From: Takakia lepidozioides
Lineage: Eukaryota; Plantae; Bryophyta
Direction: 5' to 3'
Length of the DNA: 64,000 bases
Assembly (NCBI GenBank): GCA_030704615.1
Contig: CM060732.1
Coordinates: forward strand, 57,536,001 to 57,600,000
The notes beneath the pieces are model-generated. The model was not told the DNA's origin, did no database searches, and saw only the letters and a list, made by a program, of their open reading frames with translations. The position numbers and the translations under genes are program-made. Shown here in pieces: positions 47,400-58,962 of the stretch; positions within the stretch are counted from its first letter, which is position 1, and the number at the start of each line of letters is the position of its first letter.

Positions 47400-50372
47400 A
47401 CAGCAGGGAGTGTTCAACAGTATGGCTGAATGAGATGTGGTGTCGTGGAGTGCGATGATTGCAGGATATGCACAGCGGGCGCGGGATTGAGGCTTTGCAG
47501 ACATATGAGCACCTTCTTCAACACATTTCAGCTTGTTTTCCCTGTTATCAGGATTTAGAGTAATCCCTAAATTTTCAGGTTGAATTCTGCAAGTTAGCTC
47601 GACGTTGGTGCAAAAAGGTGAATGCCCGTTGGAAGCGCAAGTCAGCATAGGAACTAGTGTGAGAAGTAGGGTTAGGGTGTTTGCTGGAACAAATCTAGGC
47701 TGTCATTGTCAGCTGCTAGCAGCAAAGCAAGGAGGTACTATGCATGATTTGTGCAGAGGTATGGATAGCCGAAGGAGCAGGGATAGAGTGTGGGTCCAGA
47801 TTCATCCAAGAGGGCCGGATTTCAAGCTCCAGATTACCTATGAATCCCTGTGGAATGATAGCTACAAGAAACCTGCATGCGTAGATGGTCAACTGGAAGC
47901 CGCAACAGCAGCAGCGGCGACACAATTGATAAAATTCAGGCACTGCTACTCAAGGCACCTTCTTCAACACATTTCACCCTGTTTTTTCCTCTTATCAGAA
48001 CCGGCCCTAAATGTCTCTTAAGGCCTTCAGCAGATGGATTGAACAGAGTCACGTGGTTTACTTTTTCAACTTGATTTTCAGATCTTAGGGCATGCAAGAG
48101 ACAGTGTCAACAATCAATCATTCTTCCTGCAAAGTCTTGGTCTGCACAATCTGAGACTTGAGATCCTCCACAAAGGCCATCAAGTTTTTAGTTGAGGATC
48201 CACCGTCTGCCATATCCTCATGAGCACAATATTTGAGCTTCCCTACCCTGATTCGAATTGCCATGCCCTCCTCCCCTGTCATTAGCTCCCTGATGTGTGC
48301 ATGATTTGTGCAGAGGCAGAGATAGCTGAAGGAGCAGAGATAGAGAGTAGGTCTAGATTCATCCAAAAGGGTCAGATTTCAAGCACAAGATTACTTATGA
48401 TTTCCTGTAGATCAATAGCTACAAGAAACCTGCATGGGTAGATGGTCAATTGTCATGCCGCAGCAGCAGCGGCACAATTGATAAAATCAGGCACTGGTAA
48501 TCAAGGCACCTTCTTCACATTCACCCTTTTTTTCCCTCTACGCAGAATCGGCCCTGAATTTCCATGTTGAATTCTGCAAGTTAGCTAGTTGAGTGAATGT
48601 AGTTTGGAGTGACTTTGACATGATACTGCCACTGTGACAACAGGAAAGTATCCAAAAATACGTAAAAGAGATGAGGAGAAGCTGTGGAATGAATACTTTT
48701 CTGACCCCAGTTAATGGTGGGACACCAGGCAAAAAGGTGAATGCTTGTTAGATTACAGGAGAGTAGCAGACGCAATTCAGTATAGGAACTAGTGTAATAA
48801 GCTGAGTTAGGTGTTTCCTAGAACAAATCTAGGCTGTCATTATCAGCTGCAAGGCAAGGATGTATGCATCATTTGTGCAGAGGCATGGATAGTTGAAGGA
48901 GCGGGGATAGAGTGTGGGTCCAGATTCATCCAAGAGGGCTGGACTTCAAGCTCCAGATTACCTTGATTTCAGGTGGATCAGTAGCTACAAGAAACCTGCA
49001 TGTGTAGATGGTCAACTAAAGGCAGCAGCTGTAGTGGCACAGTTGATAAAATCAGGCACCTCAACCATTTCCACAGCTGTTGAAATTAGAGGATCAAGAG
49101 AGGGAGTCCACAATGCCTCTTCTGGCACTTCTGGGCATGTGAAGATACTTTGTGCGGCAGGCAGACTGACAGAGGCTCTAGAGACTCTAAACCAAGGAGG
49201 CATTTCAGCAGATTCAGATATGTCTGTCTGTTGCTTAAGTGCATCAAGATGGATGGTCTGGAAGCTGGAAAGCAGGTGCGCACACTCACATTATCCAAAG
49301 TGGATTCACACCAAATGTTTTTCTACTCAACACCCTTGTCAACATGTATGTTAAGTGCGGGAGCATCATGGATGCTCACCAAGTGTTCAACAGAATGCCT
49401 CAATGATCTTTGATCACGTGGAATATTATGTTGGCAGGATTTACCAAACGTAGGTGTGGTAGGAATGCTTAGGAGACCTATGAGCAAATGTTGCGTGAAG
49501 GGGTGAAGCCCAACCACATCGCGTTTGTTTGTGTTTGCAATGCGTGTGCAAGCCTGGGAGCTCTGGAAAAGAGGGAAGAGGTCCATAGTGACATTGTCAA
49601 AGCTGGAATTGTACCAGATGTCATCCTCGAAACAGAAGCGGCAGCAGCCCAATTGATAGAACAATTCGCTGCTAATGAAGGTACCTTCTTCAATACATTT
49701 CACCCTGTTTTGCCATGTTATCAGAGTCGTCCCTAAATTTCATGTAGAATTCTGCAAGTTAGCTCGTTCATGATGTGAGCTGGCATGAGTTTTATAAAGA
49801 TCCTTCACGATGGTGGGACAACCGCAATCGCAAGGTGTGGCTTTTCTTAATGTACGATGTGAAGAAGTTTGTCCATCCTGCAAAGGTGGGCTCTTGGCTC
49901 CTGTTAGTACCATGACTTGGTGTTCTTCCTGATGTTTACAAGGTTCTTGGGAGAGTCAGCTTGGTCTTAGTAAGCCGTGTTTCAATCTCTGCCTGCTCAG
50001 CTGCACCGTGGTGGTTCTCACAAAACATCACACACAAGAGGTCATTTTGGGTTGATGCTCGGTCAAATCCTCCATGGGTCAAGGATAATGTGGTGAGGGC
50101 ACCTTCTTCTTTGACCTGTTGCAGCCTGTTTTGCCCCCTCATCAGACTTGGCCCTGAGATGCATATTGAATTCTGTAAGTTAGCTCATTGGGTGGATCTG
50201 TGGTGGTTTGGAGTGATTTTGAACTAGTGTGATAAGTAGGGTTGGGGTGTTTGCTGGAACAATTCTAGGCTGTCATTGTCAGCTGCTAGCAGCAAGGCAA
50301 GGATGTATGCATGATTTGTGCAGAGGTATGGATAGCTGAAGGGGCAGGGATGTGGGTCCAGATTCATCCAAG
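47400..50372 (+). pseudogene. Scrambled, repeated exon/intron fragments of a PDF-PPR gene (paralogous to 12033-13600)
   Basis: PPR piece 47405-47500; 'IHPRGPDFKLQIT..LWNDSYKKPACV' ~47800; 'IHPKGSDFKHKIT' ~48357; 'EKLWNEYFSDPS*WWD' ~48680; PDF+PPR 48924-49630; 'WHEFYKDPSRWWDNRNRK' ~49780; 'HKRSFWVDARSNPPWVKDN' ~50030; intron sequences also retained. Confidence 0.88.
48118..48295 (-). pseudogene. Captured C-terminal fragment of a family-1 UDP-glycosyltransferase
   Basis: 'IRELMTGEEGMAIRIRVGKLKYCAHEDMADGGSSTKNLMAFVEDLK' matches the plant UGT C-terminal consensus (VRELM.GEEG..MR.....LK..A..A...GGSS..NL..FV..L) with a native-looking stop. Confidence 0.8.
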
Positions 50373-50700
50373 GGATTACCAATTAGAATGGAGGTACACA
50401 TTGTTTTTTTAGAAATTCAAAATAGACCAAAAAAAAAAAGAAAAAAAAGAAGTAAAAATAGACCATATCAGTCATCAAATTCCAGCACTAATGGAAGTTG
50501 GGAATCCATGCAGAGTTCAGAGGTTGGAATTGCAAGAACCTGCATAGAGGCTGGAATTGCACTCTATGAACTTTGCATAGTGGATTCCCAACTTCCACTA
50601 ATGCTAGAATTTGATGATCAATATGGTCTATTTTTTTCTCTTTCTGTCTATTTTGAATTTCATTAGAAACAATGTGTACCTCTATTGTAATTGGTAATCC
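50373..50700. repeat. Fold-back inverted repeat (MITE-like)
   Basis: GGATTACCAATT..GAGGTACACATTGTTT.. at left is the reverse complement of ..AAACAATGTGTACCTC..AATTGGTAATCC at right; arms ~130-150 bp. Confidence 0.8.
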
Positions 50701-51984
50701 AAATTTCCAAAGAGAAGTAGCTGGTGGCAAGCCAATAAGAATAACACATTTCACCACCAACGGTTCTGCATGCTCGTATGTCCTCTTCAAATCTTGGTAC
50801 TTTGTCGTAATATTTAGAAAATCTTCCATACATACAATTTGTAGGTCTTCTACTAACAATAGACCTAATAGGGATTTACAATGGTCAGTTGCAGTAGAAT
50901 ACATAATGACACATGAATATATCTTGGACATATATGTGACCCTATGCTTATGATACATGGCTAACACAATCTGTGACAATTGACCCTCCATAAGTATACA
51001 TATGCCATATTTTCTGGTTGATGACACTACAAGGTTATTGCATTCCATGACCACTGACAAAGATATTGGCGATCGAACCCAACGTGTTCTTCTATGAAAT
51101 TCTCTTCTTAAATGATTGACTTCAAGAAGTCCGAATTGATCCCTTAGCTTTGGTAGGCTTATCCCAACTCTTTGTGAAACTTCCCTTGGAGCTTCCTGCA
51201 ACTAGTTGGTTGAGGCTTGGATTGGACACTCGATGTTCTGCATCCGAGCTTGATCTCCTTCTTCGAGTTGGTCCAGGTAAGTAGAAGGTGGCATTAGGAC
51301 GACCATGCCATTCATGTAGTTTCTCTGTAGAATAATGCACTTCGGAAGCTCTAATTGGCCCTATTCGGTACTTACTGCTACCTTCTCTCTCGCGTACAAG
51401 ACTACTATAAACAATGTTTTATCAATATGCTTTCTCATGATAAAATTTACTATCCACCTCATTCTTGCCAACTACAAGCACACCTTCCATAGCTTTTGGC
51501 AACAACCCATAAAAACAGTCACCACTAGTCTGGGCATCTAGACTGCAATAGCTGGGCAGGGCATCCATCTCAAATAAAGTTAGATTGTCAACCAACATTA
51601 AGGACTCCAACTGTTGTGCAGTAAGATGCACATTTAAAGATATCCTTGGAAGTTTTAGAAAAAAATTTGGAGCCTTGAATATGATAATTATAATCACTTT
51701 TGTGCGTCGTCTATTATAAGTTTTGTTTTTCCCCTGAAAGAACAGGGGACGAAGGCCTCGGAGAACTTTATCAATGGAGAAAAAACGAAATATGACAAGC
51801 AGAGGAAAAAATAACCTTTGGAGGGCCATAAGGCGAAACGCATGGGGAGCCTTTTCGATAGTAACTATAATCTTCTTAAAGAAATAGTCCATGTAAAATT
51901 ATACACAAAAGCTATGAAGTTTATGCAAATATATACAACCATTATTTTTAATATAAGTAATAGGTACCAATAGAAATTACTCTA

Positions 51985-53230
51985 TCAATATATAAAGCGA
52001 GACGTTTGTTTTGTTTTGTAGCGTCGTTGAGATCTCCCAACCCCGCGGGGCTCCAACGCAAGTGCTTGGTGCCATTGGCAAGCCCTCGATGAGGAGGGGT
52101 GCACCGGCTTGGTCTCATGATTTTTGGACAAGCAGTGAGGGAGATGTGGAATTCCAAGTGCTTTTGGTCACTGGAAATTCACAAAAAATAGCAAAAATGG
52201 CAAAGTGGGCATTCCTGGACAATGGTTGGAGCCTCGAGGGGAGAGATATCAAGGGAAAGGTCTCTGGTTCAAATCTGGTCGTAGGCTCTGTGGGAAAAAA
52301 ACTTACTTAGATGACATTGGGCCGTTGGAAATTCGAGAAAAATAGCAAAGTGGGCATTCATGGGAGAATGGTTGGAGCCTTGACGGGAGAGACAACAAGG
52401 GAGAGGTCTCCGGTTCAAATCTGGTCATAGGCTATGTGGAAAAAAAAATGATTAGATATGGCTAAATCATGAGACTTAGATGACAGTGGACACTTGGGCC
52501 AACGGCAAAGGCTACCCTAGAGGTCGCATTTGGGCCTCACTTAGGAGACGCACTAGAATACATATGAGATCTTGCACTTGGGCTTAGATGACACCGGGCG
52601 TTTGGGCCAACTGCACAAGCTACCCTAGAGGTCGCATTTGAGCCTTGACATAGGAGACACACTGCTTCAAGAGTTTCCAACGACCCAAAGCACTTGAAAT
52701 TTCAGATCTCCCACACCGCTGGTCCAAAAATCATGAGACCAAGCCGGTGCACCCATCCTCACCGAGGGCTTTCCAACGACACCAAGCACCCAAGCTAAGC
52801 ACCCAAGTTGGGGCCCACGATTTGGGAGATCCATGACGCTACAAAACAAAACAAACAAAACAAACGTCTCACTTCATATATTGATAGGGTAGCCTCTGCC
52901 ATTGGCGTGTCCAGTGTCATCTAAGTCCAAGTGCATCAATATATGAAGCAAGCCATATCCAATTTTTTTTTTTTTCCACAGAGCCTACGACCAGATTTGA
53001 ACCGGAGACCTTTCCCTTGATATCTCCAAGTGCTATCCCCTATATATTCAAGTGTGTCTACTATGTTGAGGCTCAAATGCGACCTCTAAGGTAGCTTGTG
53101 CCATTGGCCCAAATGCCTAGTGTCATCTAGGCCCAAGTGCAAGATCTCATATGTATCCTAGTGCGTCTCCTAAGTGAGGCCCAAATGTGACCTCTAAGGT
53201 AGCATGTGCCGTTCGCCCAAGTATCCACAT
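51985..53230. repeat. Complex inverted/direct repeat block with tRNA-like A/B boxes
   Basis: 51989-52180 inverted vs 52670-52870; 52243-52300 inverted vs 52965-53026; 52475-52665 inverted vs 53055-53225; GGTTCAAATC B-box-like motifs at ~52266 and ~52412. Confidence 0.75.
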
Positions 53231-53542
53231 GCATCCATGTCTTTCTGCCCTTAAGCCACTCAATACACGTCATGCATCCACCTTATAATTCAGTTAAACC
53301 ATTTTACTACACGTCATAGCCACGTCGCATCCACGTCATACTGTGCTGCCTACACGTCACCCCTAGGTTTTACTGTCACATTTCACTGTCAGAACCTGGC
53401 ATCTGGATTCGACTGCTTGACTGAAACGACTTGACCTTTGTCATGCATGTTTGACTATGGAGGCCGGGAGTAAAAATGTCGCAAACAACTCAAAAATGAG
53501 TCAAATACAGAGTCGAAAAGCCCAGCTTGTATTGTAGTGATA

Positions 53543-54075
53543 GGGCGTCATATATGACCAGGAGTTCAGCACGTAAAATTGTGGTGGGACCAGGAAGCCG
53601 GAGGGCGATCCCCTGCTGGGTGGCCGCGTGATATATACCATATCCGGCGTTGGAGTTTATGAGGGATCCATCGGTGTAGTGGGAGTGGGAGAGGGGAAAT
53701 CTACGAGGTATGATTTGTCGGTAGATTTGGGGAATGACAGGTATGGCATTGCTTTTAGCCATGCCTTGTTAGGTTTGATATTGCGGGGGGGGGGGGGGGA
53801 ACGGTAGATATGTTCGCGTTCAGTAGTGTAGGGGGAGGCGATGTTGGCTTTCATTTTATGAGTTTGTAGGCAGTGGAGGAGGTCAAGGGATGTTTGTCGG
53901 GCGGGGGGGGGGTCTCTGCACAAGAAGGACAAGGGTGAGGGAAGGTTTTTTCTGTTGGAGATATTTGGGGAGAGGGGGTGTGTGTGTATATTTAAGTTGG
54001 TTTGGTTCTATGCTGGCTAGTAGATGTGCTCCAGTGGGTAGCACGGTGCATTTGAGCAGGTAGAGATTGAACACG
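53543..54075 (-). mobile_element. 5' continuation of the RNase H/RLE LINE (RNase H N-half)
   Basis: 'HYTDGS..AGYGIY..TILRAELLVIYDAL' joins in frame to 'SRLANFPPPYCIFTDSL' across the CACTA insertion. Confidence 0.85.
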
Positions 54076-56549
54076 GCCTGCTAAGACCAAGCTGATTCTC
54101 CCAAGAACCTTGCAAACATCAGGAAGAATACCAAATCATGGTACTGACAGGAGCCAAGAGCCCACCTTTGCAGGATGGACAAACTTCTTCAGATCGTACA
54201 TTAAGAAAAAGCGACAACCTTCCCCCATCATTTGCTTGATCCTTCATCTGCCAAGACAATCTCTTCAGCAAGTCTTCAGCTCAGCATGGATTTCCTCAAT
54301 TCGTTGAGAGCTTACAGCTTGCAAGGTGAACGATGGCAGAAATCGCAGATCAAGATCCGGGCATTTTGGGCAGTTCTGAAAACGTTGGCGCGGCAATTTC
54401 TATTGGCTTATTTCGGGCGGGCAGTCTGGGCAGATTGATAACATTTGACGACGAAACGTGGCAATGATGATGTGGCACTATGGCACCCTATTCCTGCTCT
54501 AAGCTAAACTAGCTTCCGACCTTTGGTCGTCGCTAGAATTTATCTACATATTTCGGGTGTTTTGTGGGCCCAACATACTGGCTTCCCCTAAGCGGGCCCG
54601 GGGCGGCTCACCCAAGCAGACTGACCCCAGGGATCAGCCCACTATGCGCGACACCTGTGCCACCCGCGGCCCACCACAACCACCCGTGCCAGCATTCAAG
54701 TCCCAATTATCAAACAATGAGAAGCTGAGGTATATCACACTATGGAATTAATTAATCAACAATCTGGCATCCATCCCTATAGACATTCAATTGCTCAACC
54801 CCTGTTTAAAAAAAAAACAAATTGCTCAAAATGAAGAAATGTGGAGAAGCAACTAGACGACTTGTTAGAAGGGGAAAAAAAAAATCATCATGGTACATCA
54901 TTCACCGAAGTGGAGTGTTCCTTGTTGCGTTTGTTAACAAGAAAAATGGAGGATTGCCTCTTGAACTTTGCATAGAATTATGTGAGAATGGCTGGCGCAT
55001 GGTATCTCAATAAAGAGTTTCCTGCCAGTTCAAACTACAATGGAGCTACTAAGACTCTCCTTAGAATGCCCAATTGGCTTCATGTGGATATGTTATATCT
55101 AGCTTTTGCATTCTTCACAAACGCGGACCGTCGGCCCCAATTCTTCCAACCTTTGTCTTCACCCTCTTTTTTCACACTAACGACCTTCTTCCCACCATCT
55201 TTTTCTTGGTCGAGGGAGGCAGGGCGGACTTGACTTCCGTATACTCACACTGCATCATCTTCCAGTCCATGCTCATCCATACAGTTGAAGAGAGTTTTAG
55301 CTTCTCTTCCCTCTCTCATTTCAATCTTCCACTTGTTCAACAACAATTTCATCATCACGCTCGGGAGACATGTTTCGGAATTGACTCGATTCGAGCTACA
55401 ACCTTTTCCCATTTGTGCATACAAAAGTAGTTGCAAATCCACCTTGACATTCTACGTGTAACTTTCATTATCTCATAGACAGTCTTCCCGCAGTAATCAA
55501 CGTAACCGTAAAGATGCCTCTTCATTTGATCGTCCTCCCAGTGTGAAGAACCACCCAGAAAAAAACAAACTTTGCCAATGGGATGCTCCGGTCTTGGTCC
55601 TCCGTGTAAAGCGCCTTAGTCCAACTTCTTAAATTGTGTGTGCACTAAAAACCAATTGCAGGTGTCTATCATTTTATCTTTCCGATCCTGAAACGGGCCA
55701 GGAAGGACCTGAGAAATACACCGCTTACTTCTATATCCTCTTCTGAACTGCACTGCTGTTACTATGTACAGAAAGCAGCAGTGATGATCAGCTGATAATC
55801 TCTGAAGTCAAATCCTCGACAATGCAGGGAAGGATCAAAGCAAACCACATGCACTTAAATGAAAGAAAGTCTCTCTTATTTCCAGAAGAATCAATGGAAT
55901 TTACCAAGTCCCTTGGGACTTCTAGGAATAGGGCCACATCACTTAGTACAGAAGTCTTACGTTTCTATATGTGCACATTTTAGCTCATAGAGGAGCCCCC
56001 TAGAGCTATCTTGAAGAATTATTTACTGCAAACCTTGAGAATTTAGTCATACGTATATTATGTACCTCGTTCACGACTGGTGATATTCAAGTTCGTATAC
56101 CAGAGCTTACATATATACTGTGTCCTCTAATCTCGAATTCGTCCCTAGAGTATATGGCCCTTTCTTCCTTGGAAAATTTTTTACTTGCTCAAATGTACCC
56201 ATCAAGAGGTCCTCTTTCAAGGGTCAGTTCAGACAACAAACTCAGATTCCTGCGATCATTCATTAAGCTATTGAGGTCAGCCTCTGCAGTAGATAACTAC
56301 GACAGAATGTCACTAGTTACGATCCACTAGCATTCGATGGCCACCCCTTTCTGTTTGCGCAACTCTTAACGATGCACCCCTTAATCTATTTGCACTCATA
56401 GCAATTGACCTCACATGATGGGGTGTGTGGTCAAAGGCTATGAATATCAACGAATGTAATGTTCAGGACAATGGTTAACACTCTGGACATACTACGTTCT
56501 ATGCACATGATCTCCGACTGTGCCAGCCGGGAACCGCCTCCTGGACAGT

Positions 56550-58962
56550 CTACAAGATATACTGTCGCTGGACAAGGTTAGAAAATGCGGAAGGGTATGT
56601 GACACCCATTGGTGCAGTGACTGATGCACTCTCTCCAACAAAAGCTTCAAGCATGGAATCTGGGACTGGATGCTTCCTGGACATTTGCTGGCCGCTGCCT
56701 CTGGAGCTGGGGAAATTATAAGAGGTGCAACCAGCAAAGGTTGAAAAACTTGGGGGTTTGGGGGAGCAAATGGAGTACTGCATCGATGGCGGCCACCCAG
56801 ACGACTGCTCTGTTGATGCTGGAAAGTGCATGCCTGATATGTCGTACTGGGACGGCTTCAACCCTGGAAACTCCATGATTGGTACTGTTACCTGCGTCTG
56901 TGGGCTGACAACTTCATGGCCTTTGTATCCATGGGATGATCGAACTGTTGCTTGGCTAACAGTGGGAGAGTTTCCATGGGTCTGGTCCGAATCGTCTGAA
57001 GACGTGGAGTGATTGTCCTGGCATGTTGGATGAGCTTTCTTGTGTGCCACCAAGTTGCATTTGAAGGCAAACTTTAACCCACATTTGCACTCGATCGGCT
57101 CCCCACACAGCTTCTCATGGTCTCGCACATCCACCTGTTCATGAAGGATTCAGAGACTTTAGTAGTGTTGGAATAAATCCTTGCGAGCAACTGGCATCGG
57201 GATCGTAAGGTCATAGTTGAAACAAAAGCATACATTAATCAGAGTACCAGCTGAGATCCAGAACAGAAATTTGACAAGGTCTGACATTGAGGTCTTGGTC
57301 ACCGAAGACCTTTCAATTTATGTAGAACTTAAAAGAATGCACAGTGTACAGTACGACCTTCCAGTGAGATTGGTCCAGACACTTGGAAATGACTGAAACG
57401 CTATCATAAATACTTCGATGCGATACTGAAGTTAGCGTAAAGGGCTTCAAATCAGATTCTGTTGCCACACTCATTTCGAATGCCATGTGGTTCGAGCAAA
57501 ATGTAAGCAACAGCTTTAACTTCAATTGAGCGAAGGTTCATCCCCCATGGAGTGCCGTTGCCACCGAAGGAGATATGAGACAATGTGGTTATCCCCTGAC
57601 CCGGGCTGTCCTGATCAGAGTTCTTCGCAACAATGCCGACTAGCACTAGTAATCCGGATAAGAAGTTCTCAAAAATAAAAGAACTCCCAGAAAGGTCTGC
57701 AAAACAATCAGCTGTTTTCAAGTTTTACAAAACGAAATGACGACGTACATTGTAGTTATAAGTACTAATGTAAAAGCTCAGGTCCACGACAGAGAATGAA
57801 CTGGACAGTGTTTTTACCTCTATGTAAAACTTCTTCCCGCACTTGCGACAGCCGAATCCCTTTTCGCCTTCGGAATGCTTCCGCCCATAATGCCGCCGCA
57901 ACTCATACAATCCCACAAACGTCTTCTTGCATTTGGGACAGCGAGATGGAATCTTCTTATTGTGGCCAGCTTTCAGAGACGATGAGAGTGTTGGCAGGGT
58001 CAATAGGCCAGCCCTGCTGCCCCCACCACCCTCAGCGTAGTGAGTCTTGTGATGCATTTTCATGGTTTGTGGGTTCTTGAAGGTTTTGTTGCACCCAGAG
58101 TGTGCACACCGGAATGGACGTCGATTTTGAATAAGGTCGACGGACACTACAGCTGCCTCAATGTTATCTTCAGTCTCTGACTTCTCAGACTCCTGCACTC
58201 AAGGAAGGTGGGGATCGTCAGCAAAAATGTGGTCACACGTGCAACATACGATACAAAAGAGGTTCCGGAGGATGCAGAACTTGTGTGTGTGTCTCTAAAT
58301 ATGAATTGATCCTTCGGACTACACTCATACAAACTACATTTCTGCGTTCATCAAGTAAACTTGCAGCACACCTGTTTGATGGTGTCTGCTGGTTGTTGCA
58401 TACAGTTTTCAATCTTAGTCGCGTGCATCACCTCCACAGGGCTGTGCCATTGCGGCGAATGATGGTCTGTCGATTGGCTGTAATATCCACCATGTCCGAT
58501 CCCAACTACCTCCAACTTTTCATCAAACAGCGGATGTGAGGGCTTCAAAGCTGGATGTGTTGGGGATGCTGGAGCCACCATAGTCTTCAGAGTGCTGACC
58601 AGGTTGGGATGCATCGTGACAGAAGTACAGCCATTCATCTGCTGCAAAAAATCAGCATCGTTGCCCAGCAGCAGGATATCATCATCAGGATCGAGGGATT
58701 CCACACCAGATTGCATGGCATTCGGCAGGTTGAAGTAGCTTGAAGGCGCGTAAGGTGAGTACAGATCCCAGGCTGAAAAGGCCCCATTATCTCCACAGCT
58801 GAAGAGAGATTGCGCAGCCATCGCCACTGAGGGCCCAAGGGCGACGGAACCATTGTCAGTCATGATCATGGGACCGGAAGATAGGGAAGGGAGCGTCGGG
58901 CCTTGTAAGTGTGGAAACAAGGAGTCTGAGTAGTAGGAGAGAGTGGGAGGAGCGACCGCCAT
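56550..58962 (-). CDS. C2H2 zinc-finger transcription factor with four tandem fingers (WIP/STOP1/IDD-like layout); exons 58962-58372, 58192-57818, 57134-56550; 516 aa
   Basis: 'FRCAHSGCNKTFKNPQTMKMHHKTH', 'CPKCKKTFVGLYELRRHYGRKH', 'CRKCGKKFYIE|VDVRDHEKLC', 'CKCGLKFAFKCNLVAHKKAH'; phase-0 GT-AG introns join cleanly. Confidence 0.92.

Larger units (their letters stand above)
46291..53539. mobile_element. Non-autonomous CACTA (En/Spm) element carrying host gene fragments (Pack-CACTA), 7,249 bp
   Basis: Perfect 12-bp TIRs CACTACAATACA (46291-46302) / TGTATTGTAGTG (53528-53539); 3-bp TSD ATA (46288-46290, 53540-53542); TTTGAC/GTCAAA subterminal repeats; excision restores the flanking reading frame. 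Confidence 0.93.
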
